A DNA stretch of 47,068 bases, taken from assembly GCA_029261095.1 (NCBI GenBank), contig JAJDBZ010000129.1, forward strand, positions 1-47,068, written 5' to 3'. The notes under the pieces were generated by a model, which saw only the letters and a list, made by a program, of their open reading frames with translations, had not been told where the DNA came from and made no database searches. The stretch comes from Candidatus Omnitrophota bacterium (GTDB lineage: Bacteria; Hinthialibacterota; Hinthialibacteria; OLB16). Of this stretch, positions 8,681 through 18,127 are shown piece after piece; within the stretch, counting starts at the first letter, position 1, and every line of letters starts with the position of its first letter. The translations under genes were made by a program, and so were the position numbers.

Positions 8681-11407
8681 GTGAGCGCAATTTACTTTGT
8701 CTGGCGAAATGTTCGCATTCAAGATCAAAACCGAATCGCATTCGAGACTCAGGTACGAGGTGAACAACTTCTTCAATCCTTTGAAACCAGAATCCAATCT
8801 CAGTTAAACATTCTCGACTTCATCGCCGAGAAAAAAGGGGCGGAACTCCTTGAAGATCCCGACCGTTTCACGAGCGAAATAACACACCTGCTTTCCCTCT
8901 ACCCTTACTACCAGGCACTCAACTGGATTGACTCAGACTGGGTCATCAGAATTATCGTTCCGAGTCAGGGGAATGAACCAGCCCTCGATACAAACCTTCG
9001 AGAACACAAGAACGAAACGGTCACTCGCGCCATTCAACAGGCGATCGATACCAACCAAATTCAACGAACAGCAGTCATCGACCTGCTTCAGGGGGGGAAG
9101 GGATTCGCGACCTACCGTCCAATCCGAAATGGGAATGGCGAGCTGCTCGGACTCTTGAACGGTGTATTCGTCGTTGAGAAACTGGCCGACTACTGCACCA
9201 ATTACCCATACCTAAGAGAAACATTTCAGTTTCTAATCCTTGGTGAAGACGAGACCGAGATCTTTCTCCATGGAAACCGGGACTATCTCCACAACAGCCC
9301 TTTCGGCCACAACTTCCGGATCAACATTGTCGATCAACCATGGACAATGGTTCTGGCCCCGTCACTCCAACATATCAGATCCCTCCGATCGCCATCGACC
9401 ACGTTTCTTGCGCTTCTTGGCTCGTTTCTCGCCATGTTTCTGTCGAGTCTGATGTACGTTCTCCTCCAAAGAGACCGGACCTTGCGGGAGAGCGAAGCGA
9501 AATACCGGTTATTGGTCGAAAACCAAACCGACATGATTGTGAAAGTTGATTCGGGAGGGAAACTCCTCTTTGCCAGCCCATCCTATTGTAAAGAGTTCGG
9601 GCGGACAGAGGCCGAACTCATAGGGACATCCTTCATTCCGATCGTGCACCCGGAAGATCGTGAACGGGTCGAAAGCGAGCTTAAGAAAACTTTTATCACG
9701 CCCTATTTCACGCGCATCGAGGAAAGAGCGGAAACGATTCATGGCTACCGATGGCAGGAGTGGTTGAATACCGGAGTCCTTGACCAGAAAGGGCAAGTAA
9801 AAGAGATCATCGCGGTTGGACGAGATATCACTGACCAGAAGAATGCCCAGTTGGCGCTTGAGAGAAGTGAAAACAGGTTTCGGAATTTGGTCGAACAAGC
9901 GGGCGATGCTTTCTTCCTCTGCGATTCGAAAGGAAGGATACGCGATGTCAACCAACAAGCTTCTATGATTCTCGGATACGAAAGAGAAGAGTTATTGCGC
10001 ATGTCGATAACCGATATATCGATAAACCTCGATCAAGAAACCCTCCAGCGAAACTATTCGACCTTGGAATTGCACCGCCCAATTTACAAAGAGAGTATAC
10101 ATCGGAGCAAAGATGGAACCCTGATACCTGTCGATGTCTCCGTGGGCTTACTCGAAACGGGGGAAGACCGCCTGTTTTTGTCTATTGCGCGCGATATCCG
10201 TGAACGAAAGAAAGCGGAACTAGAACGGCAGGCTATCGACCGTCAACTCCAACAGACTCAGAAACTTGAATCACTCGGTGTGCTGGCGGGGGGAATTGCA
10301 CACGACTTCAACAACATTCTTCTGGCCATCATTGGTAATGCCGCTCTCGCGCTGGAGGAAGAAGCGGAGGGAACACCCACCTACCAATCGCTCAATGAAA
10401 TAGACCAAGCCGCGAACCGCGCAGCAGAGCTGTGTCAACAAATGTTGGCCTATTCCGGTAAGGGAAGATTTGTCATTTCTCTGGTCGATCTTAATGAGGT
10501 CATCGAGGAAATGGGCCACATTCTCCAAGTCTCGATTTCACGCAAATCAACTCTCACTGTCAACCGCAACGCTAATCTACCTCCTGTCGAGGTCGATCTC
10601 TCTCAAGTTAGACAGGTCTTACTCAGTTTGGTGACCAATGCATCGGAGTCATTTGGGAATAGTAAAGGCGAAATACACCTCTCCACCGGAACGCGATACT
10701 GTGACCGAGCATTCCTGAAAACGACCGAGCTGGGAGAAGACGCGATCGAGGGCGACTTTGTTTATATACAAGTCAAGGATTCCGGAATCGGAATGGATGA
10801 AGAGACACTCCGAAAGATATTCGACCCGTTCTTTTCGACGAAGTTTACTGGCCGAGGCCTGGGACTAGCGGCGGTGCTAGGGATCATCAGGAGTCATTCC
10901 GGGACCATCAGACTTGAAAGCAAGCCGAACACTGGCACGACTGCGACCGTGTTCTTCCCAATCCACAAAAGGGGAACAGAAACCGATTCTACAGAGTCAG
11001 CTCCATCCGGGGCATTGATGGGCGGAGGCTTGGTTTTGGTGGTGGATGATGATCAGACCATTCGAAACCTTTGCACGAGGATGATTGAACGGATGGGCTA
11101 CTCCACACTTGTTGCTTCTGGGGGCCACGAGGCGATACGGATCTTTGAAGAGAACCGGGAAAGCATCCTTTGCGTTCTTCTCGATCTCACAATGCCCGAT
11201 TTGGGGGGAGAAGAGACTTTTGACAGGATCATGAGGGTCGATTCAACCGCAAAAGTGATCGTTTCAAGCGGCTTCTCTGAAGAGGATGTTAAAGCGAGAT
11301 TCCAAAACAGACCGATCCGAGGACAGATCCACAAACCTTTTCAGTACGAAACATTGGAAGCTGAAATTCGGAGAGTCCTCACACTTCAGAATGAGACACC
11401 CTCATAA
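8681..11407 (+). CDS. Hybrid sensor histidine kinase (extracytoplasmic sensor, TM, 2x PAS, HisKA, HATPase, receiver)
   Basis: H-box GGIAHDFNNILLAIIGN. G-boxes DSGIGMDEETLRKIFDPFFSTK..GRGLGLAAV. Receiver LVLVVDDDQT...VLLDLTMPDLGG...HKPF. PAS-like regions after TM FLALLGSFLAMFLSSLMYVLL. The real start is probably upstream of GTG 8681 (see findings). Confidence 0.9.
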   Translation: MSAIYFVWRNVRIQDQNRIAFETQVRGEQLLQSFETRIQSQLNILDFIAEKKGAELLEDPDRFTSEITHLLSLYPYYQALNWIDSDWVIRIIVPSQGNEPALDTNLREHKNETVTRAIQQAIDTNQIQRTAVIDLLQGGKGFATYRPIRNGNGELLGLLNGVFVVEKLADYCTNYPYLRETFQFLILGEDETEIFLHGNRDYLHNSPFGHNFRINIVDQPWTMVLAPSLQHIRSLRSPSTTFLALLGSFLAMFLSSLMYVLLQRDRTLRESEAKYRLLVENQTDMIVKVDSGGKLLFASPSYCKEFGRTEAELIGTSFIPIVHPEDRERVESELKKTFITPYFTRIEERAETIHGYRWQEWLNTGVLDQKGQVKEIIAVGRDITDQKNAQLALERSENRFRNLVEQAGDAFFLCDSKGRIRDVNQQASMILGYEREELLRMSITDISINLDQETLQRNYSTLELHRPIYKESIHRSKDGTLIPVDVSVGLLETGEDRLFLSIARDIRERKKAELERQAIDRQLQQTQKLESLGVLAGGIAHDFNNILLAIIGNAALALEEEAEGTPTYQSLNEIDQAANRAAELCQQMLAYSGKGRFVISLVDLNEVIEEMGHILQVSISRKSTLTVNRNANLPPVEVDLSQVRQVLLSLVTNASESFGNSKGEIHLSTGTRYCDRAFLKTTELGEDAIEGDFVYIQVKDSGIGMDEETLRKIFDPFFSTKFTGRGLGLAAVLGIIRSHSGTIRLESKPNTGTTATVFFPIHKRGTETDSTESAPSGALMGGGLVLVVDDDQTIRNLCTRMIERMGYSTLVASGGHEAIRIFEENRESILCVLLDLTMPDLGGEETFDRIMRVDSTAKVIVSSGFSEEDVKARFQNRPIRGQIHKPFQYETLEAEIRRVLTLQNETPS

Positions 11408-11426
11408 TCCGGACTCTTTTTTGGCC

Positions 11427-13274
11427 TTATTCATAGTAAAGGTCATCGGGATCCGAGAGATCGTATTGAACTAATTGCGGTGTGACATAAGACCCACCAC
11501 CAAGGGCGCCTTCGATCTCCAAAGGAAAGCGCCGACCGGTGCTACGTTCCTGTTTCAGAAGACGAGCGAAGGAGCGATCCTCAATTTTTTGAAAAGTAGC
11601 GACCACACGTTCCTTGCACCGTTCGCCCTGCTCTTGCTTGCGCCAGGGGCTCTTCTTGGTGACTCGGTACCACAAGACCGCCTCGTTGGGATCCCAAAAA
11701 AGCGAGTCTTCTTCGAGCTCGCCGTTCGACTTTTGGTCATCCCACCACTGTTCCGGAAAACTGAATCCCGCTTCCATGAGCTCGGGTCTAAAAGATTTCA
11801 AATCCTGTCTCTCGACTCGGATCAGTGAACGCTCGGTGCGCGGCATCTCCCGAAGGAGTTTTTTCGCCTCCTTGGCACCCTTCGTTTCCGGAAGGTTCTC
11901 TTTAACATAGGTCAAGGCTTGGTAACGTTCTTTAGATGGGGGCAAATCCCGACAACGTTTGACGATACCACCTGCCCAACGCTTCCGATATTTTCTAATC
12001 CGCCGTTCATCATCGATTCCAGCCCCCTCAAGGAGAGCGATCGATTGGTCATCTCGATCTTTCTTACTATAGAGATCGGCCCAATCGAGATAGTCTTTTC
12101 GCGTGAGAGCTTCGGGGTTCTCTTTCGCTATCCGCGCATAAGTTTCGATGGCTTGGTCGACTCCCAGATCGTTTCCGAAGACGAGAGTCGCGGCACGAAA
12201 AGCGGATTCCGCGGCCTGAAAGAAAGCCAACGCGGCCGGTGTATCGCCACCATGAACAATGGCTGTCTTCGCGGAATGCTCCGAGAAGGTGGTGACAGTT
12301 GTGTCACCGAACATGAGGTAGTCTAAAGTTTGATTCCGGCGGTTCGCCTCCGCAATATCGATCTCTTTCCTCGAACCAGCGGTTGGGGTAAATCGTACAG
12401 CCTCTGCCGCGACGATCTTCCTCCGCAGCAACACGACCTCTTCCTCGGAGGGTACATCCCCATCCTGGCTAATTGGGGGTGCATCGTTCTCGCGAAAAAG
12501 ATTTTCGTCGGCGAGGGCGAGAGACTCCGAGAACAACGATTCCTCCGGCCAGAGCTGAACGCCATGAATCGAGAACTCACGAACTCGCCACCAATCACCT
12601 TCTTTCTGCGCTCGTTCGATGGTTCGGATACAGTTCTTACGTAGTTGACGATCCTTCTTACCCTCGACCCTATGGAGAATTTCCAGCCCGTCCTCAATAT
12701 CCTCTTCTCCCGCTTCTCCCCGTATCTCTTGAAGTGCGGCAAGGTGGGCGATCTTCTTATCCGTAACAGTGGCATCTGACCGACCGGTCACGGCTTTGGC
12801 GACATCGATTCCGGCTACACCTAATGCGCTGGGTTGCCCCGCAAGAACTTGCGAGGTGGTTTGCCAGGTTCGATTGATGACAGAAGTGTAACGATTCATC
12901 CGCCTTTTCTTAATGAGTTGTTCAAGGCGAAAATCATTGGACCGCTTGGATAAGTCGAGGAGTCTTTCCTTCGCAGCGGGGTCATTGAGGTCCTTGGCTA
13001 GTTTCTGGATCTGTTCAGCTTTTTGTTTCTGGGTTTGTGTACTTGCCAAAATTTCGAGGAGAGCGATATCGTCCTCGACACCGGTAACCCTATCCGAACT
13101 CTCTAGCCGATCTTCCTCGAGAACCGATCTCACCGACGACACCCGTTCCTCGTTTCCGGTAAGCGCTCCGACGAGAGCATCCCGAACGGCGGTTTCAACC
13201 CAAGGGTCCTCATCTCCCAAGACTGGGAATGGAAAGCAGAACACCAAGAAGAGGGAGAGGGTTAATTTCATCAT
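11427..13274 (-). CDS. Secreted hypothetical protein (615 aa)
   Basis: Signal peptide MMKLTLSLFLVFCFPFPVLGDED. Its ATG overlaps the upstream stop (ATGA at 13271..13274). I recognise no domain. Confidence 0.6.
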   Translation of the reverse strand: MMKLTLSLFLVFCFPFPVLGDEDPWVETAVRDALVGALTGNEERVSSVRSVLEEDRLESSDRVTGVEDDIALLEILASTQTQKQKAEQIQKLAKDLNDPAAKERLLDLSKRSNDFRLEQLIKKRRMNRYTSVINRTWQTTSQVLAGQPSALGVAGIDVAKAVTGRSDATVTDKKIAHLAALQEIRGEAGEEDIEDGLEILHRVEGKKDRQLRKNCIRTIERAQKEGDWWRVREFSIHGVQLWPEESLFSESLALADENLFRENDAPPISQDGDVPSEEEVVLLRRKIVAAEAVRFTPTAGSRKEIDIAEANRRNQTLDYLMFGDTTVTTFSEHSAKTAIVHGGDTPAALAFFQAAESAFRAATLVFGNDLGVDQAIETYARIAKENPEALTRKDYLDWADLYSKKDRDDQSIALLEGAGIDDERRIRKYRKRWAGGIVKRCRDLPPSKERYQALTYVKENLPETKGAKEAKKLLREMPRTERSLIRVERQDLKSFRPELMEAGFSFPEQWWDDQKSNGELEEDSLFWDPNEAVLWYRVTKKSPWRKQEQGERCKERVVATFQKIEDRSFARLLKQERSTGRRFPLEIEGALGGGSYVTPQLVQYDLSDPDDLYYE

Positions 13275-14170
13275 TCAGCCAGATTCAATTCAATCTTTCG
13301 GGATAACTCCTCAAGGGTAACTAGTTTCGCCTGCGCTTCTCTCTTCTCTGGGTACCCGTCGGCCTGACTGACCTTAAGATAAACCTCAGATGCCTTTTGA
13401 AGCGCTTTATCGGCCAGATCCCAAGCTTTATCATTATTACCATACTCGCCCATCGTGATCCATTCTCGAGCAATATTCTCATGGTACAGCCCTAGGCGCA
13501 TCCAGTGTTCATAGACACGGCGGCTCTCCGAAAATTGAACGATCAACCCCTCTATAGCATCTTTATAGGCAGTAGAAGCGACTTGCCCCCCCGAATCACG
13601 TTTTTCAAGCGCTTCCCGGACAACTCGGTTTTCAGCAAGAATCCATGCAAGAGGTTCCCACTCGGTTCCCGTGAAAGTTTCTATCGCTTCTTCGATATTT
13701 CCGGATGGAGTGAAACCCTCCGCCTCTCGATTCTCGGGAGGGAAAAACGCAAGTAATTCCCCCAATCGTGCTACCCGTTCTTCGACCGAGCTCATCAGAT
13801 CCGCATCGTTGGACCGAACCAGAGCATAAGTTTCGAGGGCGTTAAGAGGTTGACCCAATTTCTCATAGCAGAGTCCCTCGGTGTAATAAGCAATGGATAG
13901 TATCTCATCGGACTGGCCAGGGTTTCTTTGGCGCCAAGCCTCCAGGCGCTCGATCGCACTCAAGAAAAGGTTCGTCCCTTCGGCATCCCGGGGCATTGGT
14001 AAACGGTAAGTGTCGGTGGTTTTTTCAAAGAGGACTTCGCTGACAATCGCATTCAGTGTTTCGTAATCTCTGTTTTCCACAGGCGTGGCAGGTTGTTTGA
14101 ATCGCCAAACGGAGCAACCCCCCATTGAGACCCATGCCCAAAAGAGGGCCAAGAGGAATGTGAACCGCAA
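13271..14170 (-). CDS. Putative lipoprotein with TPR-like helical repeats
   Basis: A TTG at 14170 gives MRFTFLLALFWAWVSMGGC, a signal peptide with a lipobox-like MGGC. The track's longer start (14272) would overlap the M20 gene by ~95 nt. Helical repeats such as LSIAYYTEGLCYEKLGQPLNALETYALV. Confidence 0.55.
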   Translation of the reverse strand: MRFTFLLALFWAWVSMGGCSVWRFKQPATPVENRDYETLNAIVSEVLFEKTTDTYRLPMPRDAEGTNLFLSAIERLEAWRQRNPGQSDEILSIAYYTEGLCYEKLGQPLNALETYALVRSNDADLMSSVEERVARLGELLAFFPPENREAEGFTPSGNIEEAIETFTGTEWEPLAWILAENRVVREALEKRDSGGQVASTAYKDAIEGLIVQFSESRRVYEHWMRLGLYHENIAREWITMGEYGNNDKAWDLADKALQKASEVYLKVSQADGYPEKREAQAKLVTLEELSRKIELNLAE

Positions 14171-14177
14171 GGCGATC

Positions 14178-15557
14178 TTACCGCTTGATGCGGGCGAACG
14201 CGTCCAGGAAGTGGGCGCTCGTTTTAATGCCACGGTGAAAATCCTCCAACAGAAACTTTTCATTGGGTGCATGTAGGTTATCGTCGGGAAGCCCGAATCC
14301 CAGGAGCACCGTCGGCATTTTCATTTCATCCACAAAGAAGGCGACCACGGGGATCGAAGCACCCTCACGGGTCAAAAGAGGTTCCTTCCCATATCCCTTT
14401 GCAAAGGCTTCCTTACCTGCTTGCATGGCCGGGTCTTCAATGGGAATCACGGTGGCTGGAGAGTTCTGGAAGTTGGTGATTTCGACTTGGTAATCATCCG
14501 GAATTCTCTCGCGGACGAAGGTTTCGAAAATCTCCGCTATTCTCACAGCGTCCTGGCCAGGAACCAACCGCATACTGACTTTGGCCCCAGCTTTTGAAGG
14601 GATTACCGTCTTGGCCCCTTTGCCCGCAAATCCACCGTAGACTCCATTGATATCGAGAGTCGGTCGGCACCACTTGCGAACCGGCACAGGAAACTCTTGT
14701 TCTCCTGAGAGTTTGGCAATCCCTAGTTGTTTTGCGAGTTCCTCATAATTCCATGGAAGTTTCTCGTACTCCGCAAGTTCCCAGTCCTCAGGCGGTTTGA
14801 CTCCATCATAGAATCCTGGAATTTGAATCGTGCCATTTGCGTCCTTCATATCTGCCAAGACACGGGAAACGACATGCGCGGGGTTGGGAGCAATTCCCCC
14901 AAACATTCCCGAGTGTAAATCCTCTTTTGCACCGGTAACCACAAATTCCATATAAGTAATTCCTCGAAGTGCATAGCAAAGCGCCGGCTGGCCCGGCCCA
15001 AACTGACTGGTGTCACTGACCAAGACCGCATCGGCTTCGAACCGGCTCCGGTTCTCCTGGATGAAATCCTCTAAATTCGGACTTCCAATCTCCTCTTCGC
15101 CTTCGATGAGGAAAACCAAGTTAACCGGGGGCCCTCCACTCGCTTTCATCCAAGCCTCCGCAGCCTTTACGTGGGTGAATGCCTGGCCTTTGTCATCGGT
15201 GGCCCCTCTGGCGTAAACATTTCCATTTGCTCTCCGCGGTTCAAAAGGGGGAGAATCCCAAAGATCGACAGGATCCACAGGTTGGACATCGTAGTGGCCG
15301 TAAACGAGAACAGTCGGACGCCCCTCCTCTCGTTCCGTTTCGGCGACGACGACGGGCCACCCCTTTGTGGGTAGGATCTCGGCTTTTAGGCCGATCTGTT
15401 CGAAATTCAACTTGACCCAATCCGCGCAGCGACTCATCTCATCGCTCGATTCGGGATCGGAACTAATACTGGGGAATCGAAGGAGTTCAAAGAGCTCATC
15501 CTCAAACTTCGCTCGGTTCTCCTCAACATACTGAATCACATCGTCAATCGCCGCCAT
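14178..15557 (-). CDS. M20-family metallo-dipeptidase (ArgE/DapE/CNDP-like)
   Basis: VLVYGHYDVQPVDP...W.SPPFEP...YARGATDDKGQ and LIEGEEEIGSP are M20 metal and catalytic motifs. ATG 15557 has GAGG 6 nt upstream and is preferred over the track's TTG 15581. Confidence 0.85.
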   Translation of the reverse strand: MAAIDDVIQYVEENRAKFEDELFELLRFPSISSDPESSDEMSRCADWVKLNFEQIGLKAEILPTKGWPVVVAETEREEGRPTVLVYGHYDVQPVDPVDLWDSPPFEPRRANGNVYARGATDDKGQAFTHVKAAEAWMKASGGPPVNLVFLIEGEEEIGSPNLEDFIQENRSRFEADAVLVSDTSQFGPGQPALCYALRGITYMEFVVTGAKEDLHSGMFGGIAPNPAHVVSRVLADMKDANGTIQIPGFYDGVKPPEDWELAEYEKLPWNYEELAKQLGIAKLSGEQEFPVPVRKWCRPTLDINGVYGGFAGKGAKTVIPSKAGAKVSMRLVPGQDAVRIAEIFETFVRERIPDDYQVEITNFQNSPATVIPIEDPAMQAGKEAFAKGYGKEPLLTREGASIPVVAFFVDEMKMPTVLLGFGLPDDNLHAPNEKFLLEDFHRGIKTSAHFLDAFARIKR

Positions 15558-15586
15558 GTTTAACCTCGGAAATAGAGTCAATAGAA

Positions 15587-16321
15587 TTATGAAAGCAAAT
15601 CCATCTCGTTAGGTGGATTGGAGTGTCTCTCGAGTTCGGTCAGAATTTCGGTTTCGCTGGCGATGGCCTGGACAAAACCGAGTCCCATGTTTTCCAAATA
15701 GGACTCGATAGTAGTCTTGGAAAGCACATCGAACGGGTCAGCCAATGCAACAGTCACATTACTTTCTTCCATCTTTACCGGAATCGCTTTGTGGTTCTTG
15801 AGCATCGGGAGTGGAAACAAGCTCACCAGAGTCGGGTGAATTCTGCCAATCTTGACCGCTTGAATCCCTAAAGATTGGGACTCGTCACGGGGATTGGGAT
15901 CGTCCTCAATCCCTTCGAGGAAGTCATCCAGATCAAGGTCGTCTTGACGGTTTTTCCCTTCACTTCCAGCCGAAAGGGCGTCTTCCACATCTTCGAATAG
16001 GAGATCGTCCTCCTCTTCGTCTGGTTCCGCGACAGCCAGACTTCCAGGGTCGAGCAATTCGCCTAGGTCATCATCCTCAAAATCGTCCTCATCCATGGCG
16101 AGCCCCTGGCTTTCCTCCAACGTTTCGTCGCCATCGTGTTCTTGATTCTTATGGCGATTGATATGGTTCCAAATATTTCCTAGCGGAATCCTTATCCCAA
16201 GGCGATACCAACAGTCGTCACAGAGATGAGCGGTCCCCTGAAGACTCCCCTCATGGACTTCATCGATGTGAAGCGTTGCACGGTTCAGTTCGCACAGGTC
16301 GCATTCGTGAAATTGTTCCAT
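15587..16321 (-). CDS. Zn-ribbon (McsA-like CxxC...CxxC) - long acidic linker - T2SSE_N (GspE N-terminal-like) domain protein
   Basis: N-terminus CDLCELNRATLHIDEVHEGSLQGTAHLCDDCW. About 90 aa of D/E-rich sequence. C-terminus LFPLPMLKNHKAIPVKMEESNVTVALADPFDVLSKTTIESYLENMGLGFVQAIASETEILTEL matches the second half of the T2SSE_N pattern (lp..a....lP......l.vA.adP.d......l......v..v.a...ei). Confidence 0.6.
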   Translation of the reverse strand: MEQFHECDLCELNRATLHIDEVHEGSLQGTAHLCDDCWYRLGIRIPLGNIWNHINRHKNQEHDGDETLEESQGLAMDEDDFEDDDLGELLDPGSLAVAEPDEEEDDLLFEDVEDALSAGSEGKNRQDDLDLDDFLEGIEDDPNPRDESQSLGIQAVKIGRIHPTLVSLFPLPMLKNHKAIPVKMEESNVTVALADPFDVLSKTTIESYLENMGLGFVQAIASETEILTELERHSNPPNEMDLLS

Positions 16322-16552
16322 TATCTACCCGCTCACAGTCTAAAGCTACTTCGAGGTTCGAGAAACCCGTAGAACTCGATTATGAGGGTTCCTAAACACG
16401 CTTTCCAGACGCCTCACTTGTTCCTTCGCGCGGAAGAAAGTAGGATTCGAGCTTCAATCGAAAGAACAAACGGTTGATTTGGCCGGCGACAGCAACAAAA
16501 GCGGTCCCGAACCCTCATCCCTGAATTCGAAAATGGGACCCAAAAACAGATA

Positions 16553-18127
16553 ATGACCCAAGATTTGAAATCAATCATCGAGCGTAAGGATGCTCACTTA
16601 CGCGCGCTCACCCAAATGAGCGTGGAAATGAATTCACAGCGGTCCACTTCCGACCTGATGAATTTGGTCTCGAAACAGACTCAAACGCTTGTCGGGGCCG
16701 ACCGAGTCTCCATCATGTTGGTCGATCCAGCTGTCAAGCAGCTGTCCATCGTCTCCTCTGCGGGAGTCGACGATGACGTGATTCAATCCATGCACTTGAA
16801 GAAGGGCGAGGGGATCGCGGGCAAGGTTTGGGAGTCGGGGAAACCGATTCTCATCCCCGATATCAGCAAAGACGCCGACTATCTTCGTCTTTCACAAAAG
16901 CGGCAGCCACCTCCCTCGAGTTTGATCGCCGTGCCGATCAACGATTCCTCGGAAACCTTCGGGGTCATCAACGTTCAACGGCCACTGAAAGCCGATGTTT
17001 TTGAGGAAGAAGAACTCAACCTTGTTACTCTTATCGGTATCCAGACAGCCGGGACTCTGCGAAACGTCCGCCTAGTCTCCGATCTAAAAGACCAAATCCG
17101 TAGCATTCGTTCAGCCCAGGAAATCGGGAATGTCATCGTGTCGACCTTCGATGTGGACAATGTCCTTCGTCTGATTGTCCGAGGGATTCGCGATGTGACC
17201 GGCGCGGATGCCTGCTCAATTATGCTTCTCGACGAGAAGGGCGAGGACCTGACGATACGGGCCTCGGAGGGAATCCCCGAGGAGATCGCAAATTGTGTCC
17301 GGATTCGTAAGGGAGAGAACATCGCGGGATGGGTCGCCCAAGAGGGACGGCCGCTCCTTCTCTCCAACATCGAAGAAGACGAGCGATTCGAATGCACAGC
17401 GAAGGGAAGGTATAGCACCAATTCGGTTCTCTCGGTTCCTCTTAAAGCGAAAGGCAAAGTGCTGGGAGTCATTAATGTCAACCGCCTCGTTTCGCCGAGG
17501 CCCTTTAATTCGAACGATGAAAACTTACTGATGATTTTCGCCAACCAAGCGGCAATCGCATTAGAGAACGCACGTCTCTACAGCAAGCTCGAGAAGCTCG
17601 CAATTACTGACGGTCTGACTGGACTCGCTAACCATCGCGCATTTCAGGAGCAACTCGCCGCCGAACTGGCGAGAGCCTCCCGTTTCTTTCAAGAGGTCAG
17701 TCTCCTCGTGATCGACATCGACCATTTTAAATCGGTCAACGATACCTTCGGTCATCAGCAGGGAGATCATGTACTGAGGTGTGTGGGACAGACCCTCCAG
17801 AAGCTAGTGCGTAAGATGGATATGGTCGCACGCTATGGCGGCGAAGAGTTTGCCATCATCATGCCCCAAACGCCGAAGACCGAAGCACTTCGAATCGCGG
17901 AACGTATTCGTAAACATGTCGAGGAACAACGGTGGGTGGAAGATGACGAGAATCGGTCCATCACCCTCAGCATGGGTATCTCAGAATACCCAAACGATGG
18001 TCACGACCCCGCGGTGCTTGTCGAACTTGCCGACCTCGCTCTTTACCGATCCAAGCAAAATGGTCGAAATCGTATCACTGCGGTTTCTATCGAGATGGTG
18101 AAGGCCAAAGAGGGCGATCCCAAATGA
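16553..18127 (+). CDS. GAF-GAF-GGDEF diguanylate cyclase
   Basis: Two GAF-like regions, then DGLTGLANHRAF...IDIDHFKSVNDTFGHQQGD...RKMDMVARYGGEEFAII. Active site GGEEF with an RxxD I-site (RKMD) 5 residues upstream. Confidence 0.9.
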   Translation: MTQDLKSIIERKDAHLRALTQMSVEMNSQRSTSDLMNLVSKQTQTLVGADRVSIMLVDPAVKQLSIVSSAGVDDDVIQSMHLKKGEGIAGKVWESGKPILIPDISKDADYLRLSQKRQPPPSSLIAVPINDSSETFGVINVQRPLKADVFEEEELNLVTLIGIQTAGTLRNVRLVSDLKDQIRSIRSAQEIGNVIVSTFDVDNVLRLIVRGIRDVTGADACSIMLLDEKGEDLTIRASEGIPEEIANCVRIRKGENIAGWVAQEGRPLLLSNIEEDERFECTAKGRYSTNSVLSVPLKAKGKVLGVINVNRLVSPRPFNSNDENLLMIFANQAAIALENARLYSKLEKLAITDGLTGLANHRAFQEQLAAELARASRFFQEVSLLVIDIDHFKSVNDTFGHQQGDHVLRCVGQTLQKLVRKMDMVARYGGEEFAIIMPQTPKTEALRIAERIRKHVEEQRWVEDDENRSITLSMGISEYPNDGHDPAVLVELADLALYRSKQNGRNRITAVSIEMVKAKEGDPK

